Of a stretch of DNA of 64,000 bases, positions 23,531-34,783 are shown piece after piece. Made by a program: the position numbers and the translations under genes. Under the pieces are notes generated by a model. It was not told the origin of the DNA. It worked only from the letters and a program-made list of their open reading frames with translations, and did no database searches. Each line of letters starts with the position of its first letter. Within the stretch, counting starts at the first letter, position 1. This DNA is from Albugo candida (taxonomy: Eukaryota), in contig JBDOQK010000019.1 of NCBI GenBank assembly GCA_040437565.1, positions 62,001 through 126,000 on the forward strand, in the 5' to 3' direction.

Positions 23531-25309
23531 ATGACAGGTCTCAAGCACACTGCTGCAAAGGTAGCTTCGGGGAAGATAATCGTTTTCGGAATGGGAGCTG
23601 AAAACACGCTATATTGCGCAGGAACGACCTTATTTCGCATATACCAAGGACATGTTAGTATACTCGGCTTTCAACCCACGCAGGGTGTTTATTATACCTT
23701 ACATTCTCCTAAATGGGACAGTATACTGACCATTGAAGGACAGATTTCGGACAATAGTGAAGAGAAATGCGCTTTACAGGCGAGTTTTGGAGCGTACAAT
23801 GAGAAATTAGCCCGTATGATGTGTGCTGAAGCGCTGGACGCGGATGATGAGGCAGAAGCTGATGTTTTTGCTAAACGTATTGCTTTTGACTATCCGATTG
23901 TGATAATTTTTCATTCAATCTCTGTCAGCTTTGGTAATTTGATGTGTTATTATGATAACGCATTGACTAAGAAGATCGAATCATCAGACACCTCGAGCAT
24001 TCTCCCGGGCTTTAAGCTTCTTGTAGAGAACAGCACATTTGATCGAGCTTCTTTATCAGACACGCCGAATGGGTGCTCCTCTGATCAAATTTTGCGATCG
24101 TTATTTGTCAGAGATTCATTTCGGGTCGTCCAAATAACATCACAGTGGGAGCAGACGGTCAAAGTCATCACACAGGGTGTGATATCAGACACTTTTAAGA
24201 AAAAAATTGTCGTTTGTGGAGCCAAAGGAGTTGGAAAGTCGACATTTTGTCGATTTCTCATAAATCGACTTCTTTCGCAGCATACCGCGGTGGCGTTTCT
24301 TGACACAGATCTTGGACAGCCGGAATTGACACCTCCAGGCTTGGTTTCTCTGCATGGCCTTACCTCTCCATTGCTTGGGCCTGGCTTCACAACGATGAGA
24401 ATGCCCTTGCGATCCTATTTTTGTGGTAATAATAATCCAAGCAATGATCCTTTGTATTATCTCAAGGCTGTAAAGAGTCTATTTCAAGTATACATGAGGA
24501 ATTGGGGGAGTCAACAAAGCATTCCACTGGTCATCAATACTGATGGATGGATTAAAAGCATGGGTCATGATCTGCTCTGTAATATAATCGAAGAAGTGAA
24601 TCCAGATCATATCATTCAGCTGCTGGCCATGACGAAAAACAAACACTTTGATCTACCCGCCGATGGTAAATGGATTATCCACAGACTGCATCCGTGGGAG
24701 GCAATGAGTCCGAATCTTCAGACACCACGAAGCTCTAAAGAAATGCGGCTGTACCGCTACCATTCATACTTCTTATCGTCCATGGAGTGCTCATCTATAC
24801 CTCGACAAGCATTACAGGATTTGTACCTCACATCGAACAAAAATCGATTGAATAAGGAATTGAATGAAGCGTACGAACAACTTGTACCATACGTCGTAAG
24901 TCTCGATGATCTTTTGGTTGGTTTCACCGGCTCTATTGTCCCGCAAGCCCAAGTTCTTGATTCCCTTAATGCATCATTGGTTGGTTTATGCATTCAACCT
25001 TCGGGCGAGAACGATACACTTGCACCCATCTCCAATCATACCCACGCTCCATGTGTTGGAATAGGATTAGTTCGAGCAGTTGACCCAGTGAATCGATTAC
25101 TTTACATTGTAAGTCCGCTGCCATTTGATACAATCTCTCGAGTGAGTTTGATAATTCGGGGCAATCTGGAGTTGGAAGCATCCAAAGAGCATCAAATACA
25201 TGGAAGAAACATCCCATTTCGTGTTACAGGCTTTCTCTGTGATGAGGGATCAGGCTCGGCGGTCATGAAAAGTCGTCACAATATAAAAAGAAAAAGAGAA
25301 GAGCAATGA
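23531..25309 (+). CDS. NOL9: Polynucleotide 5'-hydroxyl kinase NOL9/Grc3 (Clp1 family)
   Basis: Walker A GAKGVGKST, FLDTDLGQPELTPPG, PLVINTDGWI, CVGIGLVRAVD. Confidence 0.9.
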   Translation: MTGLKHTAAKVASGKIIVFGMGAENTLYCAGTTLFRIYQGHVSILGFQPTQGVYYTLHSPKWDSILTIEGQISDNSEEKCALQASFGAYNEKLARMMCAEALDADDEAEADVFAKRIAFDYPIVIIFHSISVSFGNLMCYYDNALTKKIESSDTSSILPGFKLLVENSTFDRASLSDTPNGCSSDQILRSLFVRDSFRVVQITSQWEQTVKVITQGVISDTFKKKIVVCGAKGVGKSTFCRFLINRLLSQHTAVAFLDTDLGQPELTPPGLVSLHGLTSPLLGPGFTTMRMPLRSYFCGNNNPSNDPLYYLKAVKSLFQVYMRNWGSQQSIPLVINTDGWIKSMGHDLLCNIIEEVNPDHIIQLLAMTKNKHFDLPADGKWIIHRLHPWEAMSPNLQTPRSSKEMRLYRYHSYFLSSMECSSIPRQALQDLYLTSNKNRLNKELNEAYEQLVPYVVSLDDLLVGFTGSIVPQAQVLDSLNASLVGLCIQPSGENDTLAPISNHTHAPCVGIGLVRAVDPVNRLLYIVSPLPFDTISRVSLIIRGNLELEASKEHQIHGRNIPFRVTGFLCDEGSGSAVMKSRHNIKRKREEQ

Positions 25310-25616
25310 AGCGATCGATAAAGAGCATGCTGTCGTCAAGACGGTGAAATCAGCTGTGGATTTGTAAATTTGTGACGATAAATGCCGCGTTTTCCAACGC
25401 TCGGATGATTCTGCGCACTCGTTTCTATCTCACCCGTCAAGTATGCAGGCTCTACCACATCCGGCATCAATGCTAATCACTGCCTCTACTTGGTGGAGAC
25501 TGGCTATCAATCGAAAAGGTTCCATTAGTGATAGAGTAAGAATTTATTTAAATCATAAAATGGAAGGCTGTAATCCGCGGTGACTAAAATTTGATTGACA
25601 TGACAGCGACGTTGAG

Positions 25617-26837
25617 TCAACCTGTGCATGCAAGTGACGTGGTCAGCAAAGCTTTAACTTGGCTATATCGTATGCCCGTGGCATACGAAACCCAATCGCC
25701 TTCAGGAGAGTTTCTCGCAATCCAGAAAAAGTCGGGGTGATCTTCGACACTATTCAGCACCCATTCACCTCCAATAATGCGACCAGAAGCATCCATTTCT
25801 AGCAAGTACGTGTACTCAATGGGACGAATGTATTGGTTGATCAGTAGAGGATTGATTTTTCGAGGATCTGTCGTAGTCGTCACGTAGTACACAATTATGT
25901 GGACAAATGCCAGATACACCATTGCTGGGTTGAATGGATACGTCGGGGAGCCAAAGTACATCTGTGCAGCGTGTGCGGGATCCACAAGCTCCATTTGAAC
26001 CACTTCGTACCCCATTATGGGGAAATTCCAAATCTCGCGGCCCTTTTCAATGTCACAAATGACTGCTTGTTTGAAATTTCCCAGTACGTTTGCAAGCACG
26101 ATGTGAAATAATCCAGGCCCGACGTCGCGGAGAGTAGCATCGAGAGGCCTGCCAAACTGGTCTTTTGCCACATTATCTGGACCATCATAACGTTGCCCCG
26201 TCACGATTGTGTCTTGCTGGCGCTCATCGTATAGAAGAATGAGAAGAGCTTTGATGTCTACAATTTGAAAAGTTACTCCATTCAGTGTTACTGGGCAACG
26301 TGGTTCCTCCTCCACAACGGATGCTAGGGCTAACGCATGACACAATCCAAACCAATGGGGAACACAGTAGCCTTGTGTATGCTGCATACGGAATGAACAA
26401 GTGGAATTTCCTGGCAAATTCAAACATTCAATATCACTGGCACATGGAGGAAAGGCTCCACTGGTGGCATCGACTCCATATTTTACAGAAACACGGTCCA
26501 TCAGCTCTGTAGCGTCTAAACCATAGGCCATTGCGTACTTTTCAGTGGCGCTGTAGTCGTATGGATTGTAGCGAAAGTTGGCACTGTCTTTTTGAGCCGC
26601 CAAGTAATCACCAGCCCATGGAGGATTCTCAAGTCGCACACTTAGGTATGGAAATGCGCTCAACGTGTAAAAGTTATCGATAAGATCTTTTTGGAAGTGT
26701 TGCTTTAAAAGGCTCAGATCATCGGTGGACATTTCCAATGTTCGGGTGGCTCTGCTGGAAAAGTTACCAGATCGGAACGTCGCAGTGGATGCATGTACGC
26801 ATAATACTGTCAGGCAAAATGATCTCACTGGAAGCAT
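25617..26837 (-). CDS. Secreted transglutaminase elicitor (GP42/M81 family), second divergent paralog
   Basis: Signal-peptide-like MLPVRSFCLTVLCVHASTA, WFGLCHALALAS, IWNFPIMGYEVVQ, IIGGEW...HPDFFW. Confidence 0.92.
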   Translation of the reverse strand: MLPVRSFCLTVLCVHASTATFRSGNFSSRATRTLEMSTDDLSLLKQHFQKDLIDNFYTLSAFPYLSVRLENPPWAGDYLAAQKDSANFRYNPYDYSATEKYAMAYGLDATELMDRVSVKYGVDATSGAFPPCASDIECLNLPGNSTCSFRMQHTQGYCVPHWFGLCHALALASVVEEEPRCPVTLNGVTFQIVDIKALLILLYDERQQDTIVTGQRYDGPDNVAKDQFGRPLDATLRDVGPGLFHIVLANVLGNFKQAVICDIEKGREIWNFPIMGYEVVQMELVDPAHAAQMYFGSPTYPFNPAMVYLAFVHIIVYYVTTTTDPRKINPLLINQYIRPIEYTYLLEMDASGRIIGGEWVLNSVEDHPDFFWIARNSPEGDWVSYATGIRYSQVKALLTTSLACTG

Positions 26838-27919
26838 ATTGTTGACAGTTTTCAAACCTCAAACGTGTTTTTGATCAGCTGAGCGAGTCGAAGAATGAGT
26901 TCTCGTTCATGCGAGAAGATTGCATCTGAGAACGCAATTGGACCACAATTTGATTTTTTCCCCAAATGCGACGATCACACGATTCGATCATGCACCTTGT
27001 TGCCTTGTTGTCACATCGTCTCATCGAATCGTGCCATTTCTGCTTTGACTGCTGAGCTGGCTTCAGGGGGATGTTATCGACAAAAGATGAAGAGGGTACT
27101 GTGAGTATCGCAATTAAGCGTTCAGGGTTGCTAACGACAGAGAACGAGCTGTTGTAATCAAGATTTACGTGCTCGCGAGCATTTCGCATGGGCTCCGACG
27201 GAGTTTAGATATGCGTTGAGCTGCTCGCTATCTTCGTGTCAGTTAGAAGTGGATACATAGGCTGAGTCAATCTCAGTCCGACAATATCAAGATTTAGATG
27301 CCTCTTGTTAGATACTGCGGTTAAAAGGTGACGCTTATGATACTGGTTAGAAGAGTCTGCTACAATCAGTTCTTAGCATATCTCGTCAGGATGTAGACCG
27401 CTGAATCCAAAATGTTGTAAACAGATAGATCTCATCTACGCTCCCCTTCTCTACATGCTCTATGCTTTACGACAACTAAACAGCAATGTTTGCCTCATTG
27501 GCAGACTCCTAAGTTGTGGTTAATAGCGTATGCTGCTTGAGAGACGCTCTCAGAATCAAATCACGTGCCAAGTTTGGTGCCACTGAATGCTTCGATGCGA
27601 CAGCTGATAGGCTTTCCATCTTAATCCTAGAGCCCATGTCCATGAATAAACATAGTGTAGTGAAATTACTCAATTCGGGCCGAAAGTGCTACACCATACT
27701 ACCCACTCCGACTTTTGCTCGACGACGTGCCAATCGACCTACAATGAATCATTTCTTCGTGCAAAGTTTCAACATAATGACTTAGCAAAGTTTTATTACT
27801 NNNNNNNNNNNNNNNNNNNNNNNNNNNNNNNNNNNNNNNNNNNNNNNNNNNNNNNNNNNNNNNNNNNNNNNNNNNNNNNNNNNNNNNNNNNNNNNNNNNN
27901 TACTTAAGTGAGAAAAAGT

Positions 27920-29232
27920 ATGGAGAATGGAAGCGTTCCATTCGATGCGGATACGATCAAATCATACGCTATAGCGCGTTGTTTCAGTCCACAGGCATGG
28001 TGCATTATCTCTAATCGCTAGTAGAACACATCCTCACTCTCATCATAGGAAGATAAAGCCGATTGTGGGCTCATGCAGCATCTAAGTTTTCACCAACAAG
28101 GAGAGACTTGCGTGACTTCCCGTTCGGATGGTGTTATATCGATACTCAATTGCGTTAGTGGCAAGTAAGAACCTAACCATCCAACGTATCCCATGTAACA
28201 ACGCTTACAGAATGAATAAACTGATCCATTCCAAGCGGTATGGCGTGGATTTGGTGCGCTATACGCATCATCCCGACTGTATTTTGTTCACATCAGCGTC
28301 GATACGCACAGCTCAGAATCCTGTAAGCACGACAGCAGTAAATCATGATCGTAAGTGTCCGTGATTTTACTTCATACAAAACTCAGAGTTTTGCGGCAGA
28401 TCGGATCCGATATCATTCCGTATTTGACAACCAGTTTTTGCGCTACTATTCGGGCCATACCGCCAAGTAAGCAAATCTTATTGTATAGAGAATGAGCTGA
28501 GAATCGTCATGCAGCGTCACTTCCTTGATGATGCATCCGACAGCAGATGAATTTTTATCGGCAAGTCTGGATGGAACAGTTCGACTTTGGGATTTGCGAT
28601 GTGCTGATACCGCTTCTCTCTTACAAGCGGACCACGGGCCAGTCATGCACATGAGCGCAGCATTCGATCACGAGGGAGTGGTTTTTGCTGTGTACTCTGA
28701 CGACTATATGGTGCGCATGTATGACGCACGAAGCTACCAGGAGGGTCCATTTGCAAAGTTCTCGCTGTACGATGCCTCCATTCTAGCAACGATAGAGCCC
28801 TATCTACTCCATATTCAAGCGCCCAGTGTCAATGTTAAGAAACTGCATGCTGTTAATTTGCAGTTTAGTCCTGACGGGAATCATTTATTGGTCGGAACCA
28901 ATCGAGGGGTTTTCTTGCAGCTGGATGCATTTGAAGGATCGTGCCAGCACATGTATCCAGCATACCATCGATCTTCATTAGCGGGAAGGACTGATCATGA
29001 AGCGATTCAAGTTGGCAGTAGCTTCTCAGCTGATGGTTCGATCGTCAGCATTGGTGGTGAAGATGGACGTATTTGGAGCTATAGCACAAAAACGGGTGAG
29101 CATGTGGCCACCTTCCCCGTAGCTCATCACGGTCCGGTAGTTGGTGTCGTATGGAATCCTCAGCGGCATCTTCTCGCAAGCATTGGCGCAATGTCGACTG
29201 TGCTGTGGACGCCAAAGCCTCAAGATGGATAG
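27920..29232 (+). CDS. WDR82: WD40 protein WDR82/Swd2 (COMPASS / cleavage factor subunit), multi-exon
   Basis: SKRYGVDLVRYTHH, IRYHSVFDNQFLRYYSGH, FLSASLDGTVRLWDLR, YDARSYQEGPF. Confidence 0.88.
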
Positions 29233-29286
29233 AGCATATACTAACATTACAATGAGATGGATAGAGCATATACTAACATTACAATG
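29223..29286. repeat. Perfect 2 x 32-bp tandem duplication spanning the WDR82 stop codon
   Basis: agatggatagagcatatactaacattacaatg occurs twice in tandem, with no gap nearby. Confidence 0.9.
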
Positions 29287-29361
29287 AGAAGTGTTATCCT
29301 ACGAATGTATTGTACTCAGTGAGTTGAACGAGATCTTTATCGCTTGTATTGAGCGATATCG

Positions 29362-30240
29362 CTAGCTCGGAGGTTTTTCGACACCACATGCCCCGACATA
29401 TGTCAAGCAGACGTAATAGTTTATATCGATCACTGCGTCATTCATGAACTGGTTCATTTCAGCGTTCAGAAGCTCATTATCTTGAGCGTTTCCGCCCAGT
29501 CTTTGACTTCGGCCAAAAAAGTTGATACGAAGAAAGCTGTTTGCTGGCTCCATGAATACAGGTTTTGGTAGTTGGAACGCTTGCAGCTAGAGAAGAGCTT
29601 AGTGATATAAAGTATCATGTTCCATGGCACCTACAGTCATATCGTTGGCGACATCGTACAGTGGAGACTCATAGAGTATGTGTGCATTGATACCGAAAGT
29701 CTTTACAGTATCGTGAATGGGTTCATTGAGTTTTCGGACAAAAAAGGAGAATGATACTTGGCGTGGTGCATACGTCGGCTTCATGGGATACCAGAACACT
29801 CGATACGGAACGATTTCTATCCTTTGGATGAGGCACGGTGCACGAATGGTATACAGTATCCAATCATCGACATCTCGCAACAGAGACGGAGAGCTTCCGT
29901 AAGAAATCTCTTATATTGCGTGACTTCAATAGAATTCCTTTCACATACCTGCTCCAATAGCAAGGAATCCCATTGGCACAGCCACACTCTGCCTGGATTT
30001 TCTCGGCGATTGCAAAAACCAGTTGAGGATCATTCATTGATTGAAAGAATTGACTCCGAGCACGCAGTTCCGTCCAGCAATACGAGGGTGTGAGTGTGTG
30101 TGACGGAGATTCATTGAGATGATCCACCGAAGAGCACGCTACAGTTTTGTTTAACGTCCGGTGCAGGCGAATGAAATGTATGACGTACAAAAGACTTCTT
30201 TCAAAAGGTTTTCAGTCGCCAAAGACGTACGATTCGACAT
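29362..30240 (-). CDS. Protein resembling the C-terminal domain of plant F-box protein At4g00755 (no F-box seen), multi-exon
   Basis: SSVDHLNESPSHTL, CYWSS, IEIVPYRVFW..PTYAPRQVSF, LQAFQLPKPV, LRINFFGRSQR, YYVCLTYV. Confidence 0.65.
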
Positions 30241-30757
30241 GCAAACAAGCTGTTTGACGAATGAGGATGGGGTTTTATGCAAAGAAGCGTATTTCTCGTC
30301 ATAACACAGCGATTTTTTAGCGACGATTTGCCATAGATCTTCATGTCACAATACTGTTGTTAGCTCGCAAAAAAGACGCATGCTTATTGCGTACTTTGTC
30401 TAAGAAGTAGCGTACAGAAGCGCTTGCATGTGAGCTCTGTGGAATGCAAACTAGAATGATCGAAATAATCGATACAAGCGTGTAATAAAGCGTCGGGAAG
30501 ATCGACAATTTGCATGATGCGATCAAGGGACTAAAATGATGTGGGAACATAATGTACACACAAAGTACACGATAAATCAGGACCCCTACTACAGCCACTC
30601 AATTTGCTTTGATCAGCTTTCTTGACTCCGTGTAGAATTTCTTTGCAGAGGTATATATCGCTGAATGCAGCATCTTTTATGATTATAAGCATACGTCACC
30701 AATCAGCTAACGTCAATTTCATTGTGTGTGTGTATCGCGAATGCAATCAATAAGCAG

Positions 30758-31486
30758 ATGAAGCATAATAACGTTATCCCCAATGGCCATTTCCACAAAG
30801 ACTGGCAAAATCGAATCAAAACGTGGTTTGACCAGGTACGCTACCGTATCATGCTTCAGAGACAGTCTCCACTCGTCTTCTGAGTGTATTTACGCTCCAA
30901 AACGACTTTTCTTTGCGATATTTAATGCATTTGATCCAATTTGTAGGCTGCAAAAAAGAAGTCACGTCGATTGCGACGAAAGGCAAAAGTAGCTGCGTAT
31001 GCACCCCGACCAGCTGCTGGCTTATTGCGTCCAGCGGTTCACTGTCCGACTATCAAATACGCTTCTAAAGTTCGAGCAGGAAAAGGCTTTACTTTGGAAG
31101 AATTGAAAGCCGCTGGAATCAGTCGAAAGCAAGCACTTACTATCGGAATCGCTGTTGACTATCGCCGCACCAACAAGTCGGTAGAGTCATTACAGGCCAA
31201 CGTGAGTCGTCTGAAAACGTACAAAGCGAAATTGATCATTTTCCCACGAAAAGGCCTCAACAAACCAAAACATGGCGATTCTTCCATGGAGGAAACGAGA
31301 AAAGCGGTGCAGCATATGGGACCCATTCTGCCCATTACACGTGCAGCCCCAAAGAGCGAGACAGCTGTCATCACGGAAGAAATGAGATCGGCTAGCGCCT
31401 ACAGCACTGTGCGAGTTGCTAGAGCCGATGCTCGGATGGCTGGCAGACTGAAGAAGCGATTGGCTGACAAAGCAGCAGAGAAGTAA
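30758..31486 (+). CDS. RPL13: 60S ribosomal protein L13 (eL13), two coding exons
   Basis: [26 protein letters not shown], intron about 30836-30946, then [16 protein letters not shown] and [13 protein letters not shown]. Confidence 0.97.
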
Positions 31487-31605
31487 GCCTTGCGTTCAAA
31501 GAATACATGGAGCCACGAGGATCATAAGCATAGTTGCATTAGCAAAAGAAAACCAATCGGCACTTTTGCATTTTGCCTCCATCCTACCACCTCACTGCCA
31601 AGATT

Positions 31606-34277
31606 CTACAAAACGTCGTCTTCCTCCTCTTCTTCTTGTTCTTCCGAGAAAAACTTTAGATTCACATCATCCAGATTTTGCTTGATGGCATCCAGTCGGG
31701 AAATATCAATGTCTTTGGCTCCTATTTTCTGAACGATGGTGACAAATTGGATCACCCGCTCGGCCACAAAAACAGCCGTATGTGCTCGAATCTTTTGAGC
31801 TTGTTTTGTTCGCTGAAGAATTCGAAACTCTTCTTCGGCCAGACCCATCGATGCAGTTGCCAGCGTGACAGACGCATGAACCATCTCTTCTGCACGAGCT
31901 TCCATTTGATGAGGAATGTTATACTCTTCCACTCGCTTGATCTCGGACATGTACAAGGCGTTCTTGAAGATTTTATGCTTGAGTTTGACCGCATCTTTGA
32001 GTAATTGCGTGAATCGATCAATCAGTTCGACCTTGTTCTTGACGCTAGACTTAAGAGTTTGGGGCGCGTTGAGAATTTGATCACGTTTGGAGATCAATTG
32101 TCCGGCATCTCGTTCCAAAAACGCAAGCGCCCAAAGGCGCAGGTACGCTTTCCCTGCATCCAACCGCTCCTTTTCAGAAAAATACCAATCTCGGGTGTCT
32201 TTATTCTTGATCAAAAGCCGAGCCGACCACGTTTGAACGGCATCAGTGCCTAAAGAGAGGCCTAATGCTTCCAATTTCGGTAACACGTCCTTGCTGTAAG
32301 CGATTGCATCCACGTCTGAAGCGAACTTGGCATTCAACACGTTGTCGATCACCTCGACAATGGTGGCCCTGTGCTTGACCAGCTTCTTATTGATATCTCG
32401 TCGCGCCTTCTTTTCTAACTGCTCAATCATATTAATTCCGGATCCCTTCCCTTGCTGCTGTGCTTCATCGCCAAAGATATCATCGATCGCAGACTCGGCA
32501 CTAGCCATCTCTGACGCCATTTGATCGGCCAAGGACACATTGGGAATCGGCATCGATGCGTCCAAACTACCGCTCATGCGTAAGCCTCCACCGCTGGACA
32601 CTATCGTTCCATTTAAACCTTGCAGATTGAAAAGAGTAGCTCACGATCTTACCTTGCTGTAGGAGTTGCTGCTGCTGCATAACAACGCTAAATAGCTGCT
32701 CTATTGTGACCGGACCATTCATTACCGATGAAAAAGATGCCGGCTACAAACACGCGTGAGATGATTTGAACAACGAGAAGAGATCATCGACACGTACTCC
32801 GGGATCATTAGGAGATATCTCGTCCGGTTTTTCGATTAGTGACGAATCAATTCCTTCGGCTTCCATTTTGAGCTTGATCTGCTCCATGGGCATGCCCATT
32901 CTCGCTAATTTGAAGTACTTTTCCAAGGAAGGATCATCTTTGTTCAATAGCGGCACATGAGACTTCGATGGAGAATGAGCCAGTAGCGGATTCAACGGCC
33001 AGCTTGCACGAGGATTTTGAGCTATATTGGAAGAAAACCCAGCCCCGAAATTCATCTCTGGCACACTCATCCGATACCCGTTCTCTGATGGCTACAAGCA
33101 AAAGCCATAAGTGATGTGTATTGGTTACAGAGCGTGGTGGAAACGTACTCCTGGATCATTTGGAGACGCGCGTTTTGGATGATCAAGTAGACTGGGATCG
33201 ACTCCATCTGCTTCCATTTTGATTCGTATTTGCTCTTTCGGCATATCTAACCGAAGTAGCTTGAAGTATTTGACAAAAGCTGGGTCTTCGTCCACGGTCA
33301 TTGGAATGTAGGCTCCTTCTGTCGGCTGGAATTCTCTATTAGAAAAGAAATGGGTCTAGCAATGAGAGAAGCGTACCCCAGGATCGTTGGGAGATACTGC
33401 ATTCGGAGTATCGAGTAGCGCTTCACTGACTCCATCGTTCTCCATTTTTAATCTAATCTGCTCAATCGGCATATTCATGTCCTTCAGCTTGAAATATTTT
33501 CGGAATTCCGGATCGTCTTTGACCAGTAAAGGCGTATAGATCAATCTACTTGGTCCAAATGCATTCATTTGAGGCATGGAATACCTCCCGCTCCCTCCAT
33601 TTTCGTGAAAACTATGTGTTTTTTTCTCCAATTCTGACAATTTCCGATACAATTTATCAATTTCTGAAGAACTATCATCGAGTGATGTCTGCTTGACTCG
33701 AGAGCCTTGGTTCTCCATCAGTTGAGTAATCTGTTTTTGCAGCGAATCGATTTGCTTTTTATTTGTAAATCCATCCGCCTTTCTCGCCAATTCGAGCAGA
33801 TTCTTGACTTGTTTTTCGGTAAGTCCCGAAGAATTTGCAAGTGTCGACGACAGTCTCATCGACGCCGAAGAAGAACGATTGCTTAGTCTTCGTGTAGACT
33901 GCATCATTTCTTCATCTTCCGACTCGCTTTCTTCTTCCGCATCAGATTCTGATCCTTCCGAATTTTCTTTCATCATACGCGCTGCGCAGATAGTAAGCAA
34001 ATGAATCAGAGTCTTGGACTGCTACGAACCGGAGATGCAGTACGCTCTATGTGCACTAAAATGACGACGTTTGCAGGTCTGTGGACAAAATATCACTCAA
34101 ATGCCTCTTATACAGTAAACGACTGCGTACCTCGCTGCAATAATAGACAGAGCTGCAAGTCGTGCAAGGTAAGGACGCATTGGAGATCGCGCAGTACGCG
34201 CAGTCTTCGCTCATCCCGCTACCATAACCGCTGATAGCCAGTTGATTCATCAGCTCCTCATCACTGTCACTATTCAT
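31606..34277 (-). CDS. MYND-type zinc finger + three CCDC53/formin-type 'DPxYxKYFK..MP..Q..KM..G' repeats + helical C-terminal domain, multi-exon
   Basis: CAYC...CTTCSSVYYCSE|TCKRRHFSAHRAYC, and three repeat exons each ending SPNDPG followed by a gtacg donor. Confidence 0.78.
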
Positions 34278-34783
34278 ATGTTCTAGCAAGTTTGTGTATG
34301 TCGTATGGAGACTCGGAATTTCTATTTTTTTTGATGGACGCGTCAATCGTTTTTTATAGATGGGGTCTAGATCTGTAAATAGTATACTTTATATTCGTCC
34401 GTGAAAGGGACGTGACAGCAGAAGGGACGAATGTCACGATGGATGTCACCGAGTCAATATGGTAGATGTATATTACATTTCTGATCGATGTATACGAAAT
34501 CAACACAAGGTACGCTGGTTACTGTATACGAGACCCCATAATCGGGGGATCTACTTTACATAATGCTTCTTTCGTTCTCAGTAAAGTAGTTACCGCGATC
34601 GTGAGTTATGAATCTTATCCTCCATTCGTGGCAGGCTAGTCTTTAGCAAGTTGAATGATTGCCATCTTATCCAAAGTCACGTCACTACGCCTAATTCGTA
34701 ACCTTGTAACCTGTATTTCGTACCTTGTAACGTAACCTGTCGATCTATTTATACCCGGGTTACACGGAATCCTGGCACCGAAA

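Noticed and set aside
26860-27800. Short ORFs or a possible transposon remnant upstream of TGase 2
   Set aside because: No recognisable domain, terminal repeats or convincing exon chain.
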